NCBI GenBank assembly: GCA_043811795.1
Contig: JBDRMV010000116.1
Location: forward strand, 1-33,919
Direction: 5' to 3'
Source: a bacterium
GTDB lineage: Bacteria > CG03
Length of the DNA stretch: 33,919 bases
Positions within the stretch are counted from its first letter, which is position 1; every line of letters starts with the position of its first letter. The translations under genes were made by a program, and so were the position numbers. Of the stretch, positions 33,614 through 33,919 are shown piece by piece. The notes below the pieces were generated by a model. The model worked only from the letters and a program-made list of their open reading frames with translations. It did no database searches and was not told the DNA's origin.

Positions 33614-33919
33614 GTGGCGGAAGAAGATATCATAAAAGCGAGGAAGGAGCACCTGAACTGGTTCTTCGAAAATTCAATTGACCCGTATCCTGCGAAAGTT
33701 CCGAAGTCTGGCGACGCCGGTGAAATAATTTCAAGGTTTGAAAAGGATGATGTTTCGTTTGACGCCTGCGTTTCGGGGCGCGTAACAGCGATAAGAAAAA
33801 TGGGGAAGGCGTCTTTCGCCGAGGTCTTTTCAAATTTCAAAAAGATTCAGATATACATAAAAAGGGACGACGACCAGAATAATTACGAGATTTTCAGGAG
33901 AACGGATATCGGGGATTTT
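33614..33919 (+). CDS. lysS: Lysyl-tRNA synthetase (3'-truncated by window edge; absent from the ORF track)
   Basis: Manual translation from GTG 33614: ...IDPYP...VSGRVTAIRKMGKASF...IQIYI...TDIGDF (class II LysRS anticodon domain). Confidence 0.9.
   Translation, partial: MAEEDIIKARKEHLNWFFENSIDPYPAKVPKSGDAGEIISRFEKDDVSFDACVSGRVTAIRKMGKASFAEVFSNFKKIQIYIKRDDDQNNYEIFRRTDIGDF

Noticed and set aside
1-33919. tRNA, rRNA, integrase or transposase genes
   Set aside because: None recognised by eye; only non-autonomous repeats are present.

Overview
33.9 kb of a diderm bacterial genome; the gene content suggests Elusimicrobiota or a similar understudied lineage, which is inference only. Every credible gene lies on the + strand. 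The first ~16 kb is an unusual envelope machine. It holds tandem secreted subunits with a pilin-like N-terminal donor-strand pattern and two T9SS type-B-like C-terminal-domain (CTD) proteins, each directly followed by a PorP/SprF/PorV-like beta-barrel fused to TPR repeats. These are followed by a single-chain FliF(RBM3)-TM-FliG rotor-like fusion, MotA, MotB, a two-component pair, and a second MotB whose essential Asp is Asn and which carries a C-terminal TPR. No flagellin, rod, hook, export or FliM/N genes and no PorK/L/M/N/SprA genes occur in the window. Next come a glycosylation/type IV pilin region (two GT-C, GT2, pilin, O-ligase/OTase-TPR, hicB plus a disrupted hicA, pilD, coaE, YfhO) and mostly housekeeping genes (trpD, rdgB, peptidase-TPR, GGDEF-HEAT, nfeD, partial lysS). 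Intergenic regions and some gene ends are crowded with REP/MITE-like palindromes and heptamer repeats, several of which encode signal peptides. All assignments come from manual motif recognition; no searches were run.
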